From an uncultured Phycisphaerales bacterium (GTDB lineage Bacteria > Planctomycetota > Phycisphaerae > Tepidisphaerales > Tepidisphaeraceae), in the NCBI GenBank assembly GCA_963844715.1, contig CAWJPJ010000008.1:1-64000 (forward strand): a DNA stretch of 64,000 bases. The letters are read 5' to 3'. The notes beneath the pieces are model-generated. The model did no database searches and was not told the origin of the DNA. It saw only the letters and a program-made list of their open reading frames with translations. The position numbers and the translations under genes are program-made. Of the stretch, positions 52,136-62,759 are shown one piece after another (position 1 is the first letter of the stretch; each line of letters opens with the position of its first letter).

Positions 52136-52925
52136 TATTCATCGGCGGGTCATTCTGATGATGTTGGTTTGCGGAGCGATGAGCCTCTGCGGCGGATGCG
52201 TCGACGCCCAGAACAAGGAAGACCCCTGGGAGAAATCCAACCGGTTTTTCTACAAACTCAACGACAATCTGGACCGCCTGGCGCTTAAGCCGGCGGCCGA
52301 TGCGTACGAAAAGATCGTCCCCAGGCCGATCCGCGACGGGATCGGGAACGGCTTCGATAACCTCACCTATTTCAACGTGGTTTTTAACGATTTTCTGCAG
52401 AAAAAATGGAAACAGGGGTTCGGAGATTTCGGGAGATTTTCCATCAACAGCACGATTGGCGTCGGGGGAATTCTGGACATCGCCACGCCGTGGGGCCTTC
52501 CCGCGCACGAAAACGATTTTGGCGTCACGCTAGGGAAATGGGGCTACGGCCCCGGGCCGTATATGGTCTTGCCGCTATTGGGTCCATACGATCTTCGCGA
52601 CGTGACGGGCCCGATCGTGGAAACGCTGGCGACGCCGCTGACATGGCTGAATCTTCCCGACGACGTGGGCTATCCGCTGGGAGCGGTCGATACGATCCAG
52701 GCGCGGTCGCGCTCGGACTATATCTTCCGATTCCGCAACGCGGCGGCGGTCGATCCGTACGTCTTCACGCGCGAGGCGTACTTGCAATACCGCCAGGGGA
52801 AGATCAACGCCGGAACGCCGGCGGCGACGCAGCCGAGTGAAAATTTATACGATGAGGACATCGACAGCGGCGCGCCCGCGACACAACCGGCGACGCGTCT
52901 CACCACCACAAGGCCGGGGGAATAA
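52125..52925 (+). CDS. mlaA: MlaA/VacJ lipoprotein
   Basis: DPWE..NR, RF.INSTIG.GG..D.A, DFG.TLG.WG...GPY.VLP.LGP, DPY.F.R.AY.Q.R. Confidence 0.92.
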   Translation: MKSDIHRRVILMMLVCGAMSLCGGCVDAQNKEDPWEKSNRFFYKLNDNLDRLALKPAADAYEKIVPRPIRDGIGNGFDNLTYFNVVFNDFLQKKWKQGFGDFGRFSINSTIGVGGILDIATPWGLPAHENDFGVTLGKWGYGPGPYMVLPLLGPYDLRDVTGPIVETLATPLTWLNLPDDVGYPLGAVDTIQARSRSDYIFRFRNAAAVDPYVFTREAYLQYRQGKINAGTPAATQPSENLYDEDIDSGAPATQPATRLTTTRPGE

Positions 52926-52980
52926 TTCCAGGAAATTCGCACGCCCCGCCGGCGCATGACCGGCGTTATGATGACCCCGC

Positions 52981-55141
52981 ATGAGTGAGGAACGAAAAAA
53001 AAGACGTTGGCGACTCGTCGCGATCGTTATCGCGTTGCTGGCGATCATCGTCTTTGGCGGGCGGATTCTGATCGGGAAAATTCTGCTCAGCCGCATCCAA
53101 ACTTCGGTCAAGGAAAACCTCAACGCCAATCTCTCCGCCGATTCGCTTTCGTATCGCCCGCCCTATTCGTTCGTTTTGCATCACTGTCATTTCGAGCTGC
53201 CGCATCACGATGCCCCGCCGGATTTGATCGATGTCGCGGAGTTGAGGGTGACGCTGGATCGGCTCCCGTTTGGAGGCGGCCCGGTTCTCGTGAAAGAGAT
53301 ACACATGATCGACCCGGTGGTGCAGGTCGCCAAATCGCCGGCAAAGATCATCGACCTGCAATCTCTCACCAGCGGATCGTCCGAGTCGGAAGAGGAAAAT
53401 GGGAAGAAAAAGCCCTCCCAAATCGTGCAAATCGGGCGATTGAAGATCGAGGGCGGGCAGATTTTGCTTCAGGATTCAACGCCGCAGCGCAATACCTGGG
53501 CGAAAATTCAGTTGAACATGGACGCCACGGCCGCTTCTCCATCCGACTACAACTTCAAGATCACCGAGGCGGGCCCGATTGCGCGTTTTGATTCGGATGG
53601 GTCGGCGAACGTCGATCATCGCATCGTCTCGCTGGATCAATTCTCCTTCGCCGCGGATATGAACGCTCCGGCACCCGCCGCCGATCCGCTGGAGCAATTG
53701 ATCCAGCAAAATCATCTGCGCGGATACCTCGGTGTGAACGGCACGTTGTATATCAACTCGCGGCATCCGGCTCAAAATCACGGCTGGGTCGCGCCTGACG
53801 GCCAAGGATGTCTCGGGAAATCTGCCGGTGGCGGATACATCCATCGACGCGCTCCAGTTGAACGCCGTGGCGTCCGCCGATCGGCAGGGGGCGATGCTGT
53901 CGTTCTCGAAATTCTTCGTGAAGAGCGGCCAGACGTCCCTGGGGCTCGACGGAGGAATGATCAAGACGACGGGTGGCGCGCTGCACGCGACCGGGCTCAC
54001 CGGGGAATACGGAGACGATCGGTTCACCACGTCGATGGACTGGCCCCTCATTTCCGCAGAGCACGGCATCGTGCGGCTGACGAACATCGACGGAGTGATG
54101 AATTTCCATCCGCCCATCGCCGACTATCCCGATCCATTGGACAAGATTTTCGCGCAATTTCGTCCCGCCGGGCCATGGGAGATCAAGGGATGGATCATCG
54201 GGGATATCGCCAGTGGAAAAGTCCTCAACTACGACCTGCAAGTTGCATCCAGCGGCGACGCCTCGGCGAACATCACCGTTCGCGACATCAATCTCACGGG
54301 GATCAAAAGCAGTTGGGAAATTCTCCCCGAGCAAGTCGAGATCAACGACTTCCAGTGCTCGGCGCTGGGAGGAAATCTCCAGACCGATGGTTCCGTGGCG
54401 TGCGTCCGGCCATATAAGTTCGGGGGAGAAGTCACCACCCACAAGGCCGACTTGTCGCAAATCGCGGCGCTGCTGCAAGCCAAATACTTGGACAAATCGC
54501 AATTCCATGGCCTCGTGAACCTAAGCGCAAAGTTTGACGGATCAGGGCCTTATGAAGGGAAACGCGCGGACGCGCTCTTTACCGCCGCTGGGCAGTTCGA
54601 GATTCACAAAGGCGTTCTCTGGGATATCCCGGTGCTGAAGCGAATAGCTGATAGCGCAACCATTGCGCAAAAGGCGCTAACGCTCAGCGAAGCGGCGGCC
54701 TTCTTCCGCATCGAGAACAAGCGCGTCCTGCTGCGCGATGCCGCCATCAACGCGCCCGTACTCGGCTTGGAAGGTTCGGGCAGCGTGGATTTCGACGGGA
54801 ATCTGAATATGTATGTGCAGGCGGCCCCGCTGGCGGATTGGCAATCCAAAATCGACCGAACGAGAATCCCCATTGTCAGCACGGTGGCGGGGGACTTCGC
54901 CGGGATCGTCCAGAGCCTGTTCAACAAGGCGACCGGCGCTTTGCTCTATACGTTTCATATCACTGGAAATGCATTGGACCCAAATGTGACGACCATCCCC
55001 GCTCCCGCGATCACCCTGGGGACGGCCCGCCTGTTCGGCTACATGCTTAAACCCGGCCACGACGGATTGCTCGGATTGTTGCAAAATCCCAGCAGCCAAC
55101 CATCGACTCAGACTACAACCGAGTCTTCAAGCCAACCTTAA
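52981..55141 (+). CDS. AsmA-like protein (frameshift near 53790)
   Basis: N-terminal TM anchor, beta-rich body, C-terminal G.G.VDFDG.L and I.G...DP. Confidence 0.65.
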
Positions 55142-55166
55142 CATTTATAGGGTTTATCCGGGCTAT

Positions 55167-55589
55167 TCAGGCGCCGGCGCGTTCCACCATATCGGTCCGT
55201 TCCATGTTGCGAAGGACTCCGAGAAGTCCATGCATATGGAGCGGCCTCAGGAATATGTGAACCTGGGAATGAGCATAGGTCCGGCGGAAATCGCGTAGAC
55301 GAGCACTGATCGCATCGGTATAGATCGCCACCTGCACGGGGCGCTTGTCATCGGGAAGCATGGCCAGAGAATCGATTAATTGCGTGTTTTGGTTTTCATT
55401 GGTGACGTCAACGACCAATAAATCGGTATGGTCGTGCGAGAGCAGTTCGATCGCGTGATCGGGCGTCTCGGCCCGCGCGACGTCGTGGCCCAATTCGCCA
55501 AGCAAACGCCGGGTAGGAGTATCTTGTAACTTCGTTTCAGGAGCAGGCAGCACTACCGCGCGAAGAGCGGAACGTGGCTGAGCCATCAT
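55167..55589 (-). CDS. Atypical single receiver-domain protein
   Basis: LG.DV..A....A..LL....DLLVVDV pattern; canonical Lys replaced (FLRP). Confidence 0.5.
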   Translation of the reverse strand: MMAQPRSALRAVVLPAPETKLQDTPTRRLLGELGHDVARAETPDHAIELLSHDHTDLLVVDVTNENQNTQLIDSLAMLPDDKRPVQVAIYTDAISARLRDFRRTYAHSQVHIFLRPLHMHGLLGVLRNMERTDMVERAGA

Positions 55590-55758
55590 AGGGGCAACCC
55601 TTGTTAAGTGTTCGCAGGGAAGTTTATACGGCGGCCCATCGCGTAACAAATGATTACTGGCAACTAGCGCAATCTTAATTATCCGCGTTTACGAGTCAAG
55701 AATGCCGCATTTATCAGAAGTTGCGGTAGATGGAGCAGTTTTGGATTGATCCCGCCCC

Positions 55759-56796
55759 CTATGAGGCGATCGAATATCGCATCATCTGGCTTTCCGCCAG
55801 TTCCAGGACGGGCCGGACATCGAGCCATTGCATGCAGCTCTGGTGAGTGCAGGACCGGGAAAGGCACGGGCTACAGGGGAGATCGAGGCGGATCACGCTG
55901 TCCATACGCCCAAACGGGCCGGTCCGCCGCGGGCACGTCGGGCCATAGGGCGTCACCAGCGGCCTCCCCAGGGCGGCGGCGATATGCATGGGCCCGGTGT
56001 CATTGGCGACAACCAAGGCCGCCCGCTCCAGCAGGGCGACAATTTGCCGAAGATTGAGCTTCCCTGTTACGTCAAAGTTGGCGGGAATCTGCTGGGCCAG
56101 ATCGGCGTCGGCGGGTCCCCCCGCGACCACGCAGTCCAATCCAAACCGCTCATGTAGAGGCCGAACCAGCGCCGCGAATCGATCCACCGGCCAGCGCTTC
56201 GTCTCCCAGTTTGTCCCCGGCATCAGCACCGCAAACGCCCGGCCCGGCGGAACAAGATCGGCAACAAATGCGCGATCGGCGTCGTCCACCGCGAATGCGA
56301 ACTCCGCCGGCCCCTCCGGGCATCCGAGGGCGCCGGCGATTTTCAAATATCGCTCCACGGCATGATCGAGCTCCCACGAGCACTCCACCCGATCGGTATA
56401 AAAGAAAACCGCCCCCTCACGCGCGTTGGCGAATCCGATTCGACGTGGCGCGCCCGTCGCCAAGCCCACCCAGCCGCTCCGCAGTAGGCCCTGGAAATCG
56501 ATCACCAGGTCGAATTTCCGGCTTCGAAGATTCTTGATGAACCGGATCAGGTCGGCCAGGGCAGCCGGGCTATACCAGATTTTCCCCCACCGATTTCGGT
56601 CGAAAAGGATGACCTCGTCGATCATCGGATGATTCTCAACCAGCGCCGCGCAGGAGGGGGTCACCAGCCAGGTGATTTTCGCCTCCGGCCAGAGCTTGCG
56701 CAATCGCGCCAGCGCGGGCAGCGCGTGGACGATATCGCCGATGGCGCTGGGCTTGATGATCAGCACCCGCCGGGGCGGGTCATGGGGCTCGGTCAT
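55759..56796 (-). CDS. GT9 LPS heptosyltransferase
   Basis: IIKPSAIGDIVH, DLVIDFQGLLRS, PG..W.TKRWP, NDTGPMHIAAALG. Confidence 0.9.
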   Translation of the reverse strand: MTEPHDPPRRVLIIKPSAIGDIVHALPALARLRKLWPEAKITWLVTPSCAALVENHPMIDEVILFDRNRWGKIWYSPAALADLIRFIKNLRSRKFDLVIDFQGLLRSGWVGLATGAPRRIGFANAREGAVFFYTDRVECSWELDHAVERYLKIAGALGCPEGPAEFAFAVDDADRAFVADLVPPGRAFAVLMPGTNWETKRWPVDRFAALVRPLHERFGLDCVVAGGPADADLAQQIPANFDVTGKLNLRQIVALLERAALVVANDTGPMHIAAALGRPLVTPYGPTCPRRTGPFGRMDSVIRLDLPCSPCLSRSCTHQSCMQWLDVRPVLELAESQMMRYSIAS

Positions 56797-56827
56797 TTCA
56801 CGCGGAATTATAGCGGGCAATCGGTGG

Positions 56828-58304
56828 TTAATCGTCGGGATGGACCTGGGAAAATGGAGAATAACCCAGGCAAAGGGCCAGGGAATCGGCCGGGGTGTAC
56901 TGCCCGTGTTCCCGCATCGATCGCAGCAGCCGATGCATCCCCATCGCCGGCCAGCGGCGGAATCGCAATCCATCCACGTCGATAAGTATCGGTCGCGGGC
57001 CCAGAATCTCATCCTGCTGAACGATCCAGTTGCTGCTCTTGGAGTCGTAGTGGGACATGCCGGTCTGGTCGATCTTGCGCAGGATTCCGCCGAGCCGGCG
57101 AAAGAAGGTCTCGCGCTGCGCCGGCGCGATCGCCTCGAGATCGGCGGTGACGAGGCCTTCCCCCTCGAGGCGCTCCAGAACGATCGCCGAGTCGGTGATG
57201 TAGCCAAGCTGTCTTTTCTGCATGACCGCCAGCGGCCACGCCGTCGGGATATCGCGGATGACCATCGCCCACGCCTTCCGCCAGGCCCGCCAGGATCGGC
57301 TGCCGCGCCCGATCTCGTTGATATACCGATACCAATACCGCTTGAACGGGCGTTTGATGACGATGGGAATTTTCCGCCCGCTGAGGCAGACTTCCGCCGC
57401 CCACACGTCGCCGCTGGCGCCGCGTTTCAGGGGCGTCAAACGTCCCGCTTCCAAATCCCCCCAAAGCTTCGGCCACGCCGCTTCCCAATCCTGCGCGAAA
57501 CATTCAGATCGCTCGCGCTCGCCCATCGCCGCGGGAATTTGTACTGCTTGAAGAAGATCCCCTCCCACGCGCCCGAACGGATTTTTCCAAAATAAGCATT
57601 CTCGCCCGTGATGCGGCGAAGAAGCCTTTCCCAGCGATGAGCGCTCACGGGATTGAAATTCGGAGGCGGCCCGCCGGGCCCCAGTTCGTTCCAGCCGCGC
57701 AGAATTTCCGTTCGCGGTAGGAAACTCTGGCGCTGTGCGCCAAGTCCATGACCTGCTCGGGCAACAATCCGCCGCCGCGCACGGCATAAGCGTCCAGAAG
57801 AAAAACCTCCCCGTTGCGCAAAAGAAAATTGCCCAGGTGCAGGTCGTTATGCCCCAGCCCCGCGCGGGCAAGCTGTGCCAAAAGCACGCGGATTTTCCGG
57901 GCCAATTCGAGGCGATTGGGGGGCGTGCGTCCTTCCCGAAGAAGCCCGTGCAGATAGAGATCCAACGGCGTCGCCGGCTCGATGGCTTCCAGAATCGTCG
58001 CGTCCCCTCTTTTGCCGGCGATGCTGAATCCGAGAAGTTGCGCGACCGCCCGCGGCGCTGCGACGCCCGCCTTTTGAAGCTGCACGAGCCGATCGAATTC
58101 CAATCGCGCGGGGCTTCCGCGAAAAAGGCGTTTGATATCCCACCGGCGGCGGGGAAAAAACTTGAGGTAGTACCCTTTGCCCTCGAAATCGAATCGCCAA
58201 ATCTGCCGATAGCCGCGATCCTTCAGCAGCTTCCCCACCCGCGGCAAATCCGCCAGGAATTGTTGCAGCGCCTGAGGCGTCACTGGCAAAGTTATAAGCG
58301 TCAT
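56828..58304 (-). CDS. LPS kinase (Kdo/WaaP/InaA) family, two tandem kinase-like domains (frameshifts)
   Basis: HNDLHLGNFL...LLD and HYDSKSSNW...LIDVD; fragments in three frames. Confidence 0.7.
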
Positions 58305-58338
58305 GGCGGCGTTTGTCTCGTTTGCCGGCGGCGTCCTG

Positions 58339-59707
58339 CTATGCCTCGGATTGCGCCGCGGCGTCGGTCGCCTTCAATCCTTCGGCGATCTGAGGCATGA
58401 TCCCGCGCTGGATATAGATCGGCCGGACGATCTGCCGCAGCTTCGGCATGAGCATCCAATAGCGGATCGATGCCAGCAGGCAAACCGCCGCGGCTATCAG
58501 AATGGTTCGGCTGGCGCCCACAACCGGGTCCGCGCCATACGACAATCGCGACGCCAGCGCGCCCGCCCCCAATACGCCGAACGGCACCATCCCGATGAAT
58601 GCCATCGAGAAAAAGCTCATCAGCCGCCCGCGCTTATCGTCGTCGACAAGCGTCTGAAGAATCGTGTTCGTCGAGGCGAAATTGGTGATCATCCCCCACC
58701 CCGCGAAGGGGACGATCGCAAGCGAGATCCAGATATTTCGCGACAGCGCGAAACCCGCAATTGCCAGCGCGTAAACCAGGGACGAAACCCCGATCATTCT
58801 CCCCAAACCGACGACCGTCCTCCGCGAAGCCAGCATAATTGCCCCCACCAGCGCCTCCGCCCCGAACGCGCCGCTCAGGAATCCGAAAAATCTGCGCCCC
58901 ACGAGCGGCCTGCCCAAAATACGACCCGAAGATCGGCATGAGCACCATCATCGCCGGAATTCCCGAGAGGCTGAAGATGGCCATCAACACCAGAAGAATC
59001 CGCGCCGGCTTGAATCCGCTCACGTACGCCCATCCCTCGCGCAATTCTTCGGCGACGCTCGTCGTGCGCCGCGGGGGCCGCGGATTGATGCGCATGGCAA
59101 TCAGCGCCGCGATCACGGCGATATAACTGATCGCATCCAGCAGAAAGCACCACCCGATCCCCAGCCACCCGATGAGCAGCCCGGCGATCGCCGGCCCGAT
59201 CAGGCGGGCGCCGTGCACCATGGTGGAATTCAGCGCGATCGCGTTTGCCAGGTCCTGCCGATCGGTCACCATTTCGACAAGAAACGCCTGCCGCCCGGGG
59301 ATGTCCAGGGAGTTGATTGTCCCCTGAAGTAGCGCCAGCCCGATCGCGGAAGGAATGTTGATCAAATGGGTGAACGACAGAAACGCCAGTGCGAACGATT
59401 GGAGCATCGAGACCGATTGCGTCACAACCAGTAGTTTTTGCCGATTGAGACGATCCACCCACACCCCGCAGATGGGCCCGAGGATGAACACGGGAATTTG
59501 CGAAGCGAAAGCGACGACGCCGATAAGCCACGCTTTTCTCTGCGGATCAGGCGCCAGCAGATAAGCCAGCCAGATCATCGACGTATTGGTGAGGAACGTC
59601 CCGATGAGGGAGATGAGCTGCCCCCCGAAGAAGAGCCGGTAATTTCGATGCCGCAGCGCCCGGAAGACGCCTTCGACCCGTCCTCCGTTGTTCTGGTTCG
59701 CTTCCAT
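58339..59707 (-). CDS. MFS transporter (frameshift near 58890)
   Basis: RALRHRNYRLFFGGQ.ISLIGT, D.P.RQAF, NAIALNS, RGR.MS. Confidence 0.88.
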
Positions 59708-59732
59708 GCTGCGTAAATCAGTGCTGCGTAAA

Positions 59733-60599
59733 TCAGTGCGGCCAGACGTACGTCGACACGTAGGAATAAATCAGCGACACGATCCCGACGATGACGCTCG
59801 CCCAGAGCGTGATTTTGAGGATTCGGATTCGATTGGCAATTTCCTTGTCGCGCCATTCCGCCAGCCGCCGGTCAATCTCATCCAGTTTCTGATCGATCCT
59901 CGCCTCGATCTCGTCCAATTTTTGATTGAGATATTGGTCGGCGGTTTTCTTGATCCGATTGGTCAGTCCCCCCAAAAGCCCCGATTCCTCGATTTCGCTT
60001 TTGATCGAATCGGAAGAAGTCGGCGCGGCTTTGGCTGGCCCGGTCCCGTCGGAATCGTCGGGCAAAAACTGGTAGTCGCGATCCGATTGGGCTTCCCCGA
60101 ACAAATTGGCCACGAACGCCCCCAGCATCGCCCGCCGTTTGCGGTTTATCCGGTTGAAGAACCCTTCCTTTTTCTTCAGCGATTGAATCAGTTCCGGAAC
60201 CGCCTGTGCATCGTCGGCGTCGATCCCGCGAAGACGCGCCAGCACGACCAGCCCGCGCTGCGAAAGCCCCGCGAATCGCATCGATTTGATGCAAACGATC
60301 TCCCGGGCGATCTGCTCCAGCGTCGCATTCACGGCCAGCGGGCGCCGCCCCCAGCGAATCACGTCCAGCATCGCCTGCCGATCCATGTTGGCGATCAATG
60401 TTCTGCGATTTTGCACCGCCGCGACGAGTTCCTGCGGCGTTTTGTATCGCGTCGGCTCCAGCCCCAGTTCCTCGGCCAGATGCGAAAGCTCGTCGATGGG
60501 GAGATCCGCCATCTGCCGCGTCGTGCGCACGATCTGGCCTTGCGCGGCGGCGGGCGAAGAAGAAGGGGCGTTATCGGGTTGAGAGGTGTTGGTCGGCAT
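59733..60599 (-). CDS. Hypothetical protein with coiled coil and C-terminal TM helix
   Basis: Long ORF overlapping the upstream gene; QKLDEIEARIDQKLDEID repeat. Confidence 0.65.
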   Translation of the reverse strand: MPTNTSQPDNAPSSSPAAAQGQIVRTTRQMADLPIDELSHLAEELGLEPTRYKTPQELVAAVQNRRTLIANMDRQAMLDVIRWGRRPLAVNATLEQIAREIVCIKSMRFAGLSQRGLVVLARLRGIDADDAQAVPELIQSLKKKEGFFNRINRKRRAMLGAFVANLFGEAQSDRDYQFLPDDSDGTGPAKAAPTSSDSIKSEIEESGLLGGLTNRIKKTADQYLNQKLDEIEARIDQKLDEIDRRLAEWRDKEIANRIRILKITLWASVIVGIVSLIYSYVSTYVWPH

Positions 60600-60885
60600 G
60601 GTCCATCGTATCGCGATCGCGGGACACCAGCACGTGCGCCCGCCACAGCAGCAGGCAGACCACCGACAACAACACGCAAACCAGCACATCTCCCCAAAAC
60701 GCACGGAAGCGCAATCGCAACCCCTGTACGATCACGTATCGGCGGATCAGGGACACGTATTTATCGGGACTATTGAGATAGGCGTACCAGCCGTACAGCG
60801 ATTGCAGTGTCACCACCGTCGCATAGACCGTGACGATCACCGCCAGCATGTAACGGAAGAAATTGAAGAAATCGATCTTGGGCAT
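60571..60885 (-). CDS. Small membrane protein
   Basis: Two TM helices; operon position after yggS. Confidence 0.6.
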   Translation of the reverse strand: MPKIDFFNFFRYMLAVIVTVYATVVTLQSLYGWYAYLNSPDKYVSLIRRYVIVQGLRLRFRAFWGDVLVCVLLSVVCLLLWRAHVLVSRDRDTMDHADQHLSTR

Positions 60886-60921
60886 GGCGCGGTCGGGATT
60901 TGAAGATCGGGCGGAGTCGAA

Positions 60922-61689
60922 TTATTCAGCGTGAACTTCCCCCTCCAGGATGTGCCCGCCGAAGAGCGCGGTGCCGATGCGCAGCATCGTGGACCCCTCG
61001 GCGATTGCCGCCTCGAAATCGTTGGTCATCCCCATGCTCAGGTGTCGGAAATTCCCGCCCCCGATCTTGTGCCATTTCATTTCTTCGAAAACTTCGCGCG
61101 TGCGGGCGAAGGTGTGGCGGATTTTAGTCTCGGGAGCTTCCAACTCCGCCATCGTCATCAGCCCGACAAGCTGAAGATTCGGCATCGAGTCGATCTGCTC
61201 GCCCAGATGCACCGCCGCCCCCACGGCCACGCCGAATTTGCTCCCCTCCTCTGACGCATTGACCTGAAGAAGGATCGGGATCCGCCGCCCGGCTTTCCCC
61301 GCCTGAATGTCCAGTTCCTCCGCCAGTCGCAGGCTGTCGATGCTGTGAATCGCATGAACCAGCGGCAGCAGCCCCTTCACCTTGTTCCGCTGCAAATGCC
61401 CGATCATGTGCCAACGCAATTTCTGCGGTGGGGCTTCGTCCCCATGAATCGAGCGCCGCTGGTAATATTCGTTCAGTTGCCCCGCCCGCTGCATGAGAAT
61501 CTGCACGCGGCTTTCCCCCAGGTCCGTCACTCCCAGTTGCAGAGCCTCCCGAATTTGATCCGGAGCCGCGGTCTTGGTCACGGCAATGAGCGTGATGTCC
61601 GCCGGGTCGCGCTTCGCCTTGCCCGCGGCGGCGGCAATTCGCTCCCTGATCTCATCCAATTTTTCCGAAAGCGGCGATCGCTTGGCCAC
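60922..61689 (-). CDS. yggS: PLP homeostasis protein YggS
   Basis: LIAVTK, GESRVQ, WHMIGHLQRNKVK, LSMGMTNDFE.AI.EGST..RIG. Confidence 0.93.
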   Translation of the reverse strand: MAKRSPLSEKLDEIRERIAAAAGKAKRDPADITLIAVTKTAAPDQIREALQLGVTDLGESRVQILMQRAGQLNEYYQRRSIHGDEAPPQKLRWHMIGHLQRNKVKGLLPLVHAIHSIDSLRLAEELDIQAGKAGRRIPILLQVNASEEGSKFGVAVGAAVHLGEQIDSMPNLQLVGLMTMAELEAPETKIRHTFARTREVFEEMKWHKIGGGNFRHLSMGMTNDFEAAIAEGSTMLRIGTALFGGHILEGEVHAE

Positions 61690-61720
61690 GCACAGCTCCT
61701 TCTGCGCCCGATACTTTTTC

Positions 61721-61814
61721 CCCCTCTCCCTGTACTCAGAGAGAGGGCCGGGGTGAGGGTTCTTCCCCGATCTCCCCTCATCCTCGCCCTCGCCCTCCAA
61801 TACAGGGAGAGGGG
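61721..61814. repeat. REP-like palindromic element
   Basis: CCCCTCTCCCTGTA(61721-61734)/TACAGGGAGAGGGG(61801-61814) enclosing GAGAGGGCCGGGGTGAGGG and its partial inverse. Confidence 0.75.
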
Positions 61815-61924
61815 ATGGATGCACAGCGCGCGGGAATGCGATTGTTTTGCACCCGCGCCCGATACCACCGGCGTCATTATAAGAAAATTTGCCGCTTCGG
61901 ATACAATCGAGTGCAAGTCGAACC

Positions 61925-62493
61925 ATGAATTCCGATCGATTCAACGAAGCCATCCGCCGCTTTGACGCCGCCAATGCCGAGGATCCCAGGCAAATCATCT
62001 ACGCGCAAAAAATGACCGAATGGCTCCATCGCCTCTATCCCGATGCATCAGAGCCCCTTCGTCTGGCCGCCAGAAGCCAGCACATCCGCCGCTGGATGAT
62101 CCCGCGATCTGATTACCCCATGACCCGACCCGGCTACCACAAATGGCGCACGGCGTTGTACGATTTTCACGCCCAAACCGCCGCCGAAATCCTCGCCGAC
62201 TGCGGCTACGACGCCCAAACCATCGCGCAAGTCCAATCCCTTTTGCGCAAGAGAGACTCAAAACCAATCCCGACATGCAGGCCCTGGAGGACGTCGTCTG
62301 CCTGGTTTTCCTAGAAACCGAACTAGCCGATTTTGCGCCCCGCCACGATGAAGCAAAACTAATAACAATCCTCCGCCGCACCTGGGCCAAAATGTCCCCC
62401 CACGGCCACGAGGCGGCGCTGTCGTTAAAATTTTCGCCAGCAATTTCCGCTCTGATCGCAAAGGCGCTGGGAAGGTCAGACAAGCTCCATTAG
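61925..62493 (+). CDS. DUF4202-family protein (frameshift near 62250)
   Basis: FDAANAEDP, AARSQHIRRW..PR.DYP....GY..WR, Q.LEDV.CLVFL, TW.KMS. Confidence 0.85.
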
Positions 62494-62759
62494 CATCGAA
62501 CCGATGCGCACGGCACGCTCCGCCAAGACGCCTTGCTCAATTCCCACAAAACCCAGGCCATAGGCCACGTTAACATCCGTCCGCTTGAACGGGAGGTTTG
62601 CATTCAGTTTGCCTTTGATCTGCGCGAACCAATCCAGCCACCTTCGCCGCAATGCGTCGTTCCACCCCGCATGAATGTCTTCGGGTGCCAACGGTCGTGA
62701 TAGGGTATCGATAATCGCGTCTACTTCAGCCTTTAATATGTCGAGTTTTGTCAGTGGAG
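62476..62759 (-). CDS. Hypothetical ORF; frame open up to the RAYT repeat, start unclear
   Basis: Reads SPLTKLDILKAEVDAIIDTLSRPLAPEDIHAGWNDALRRRW...; lower GC. Confidence 0.4.
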
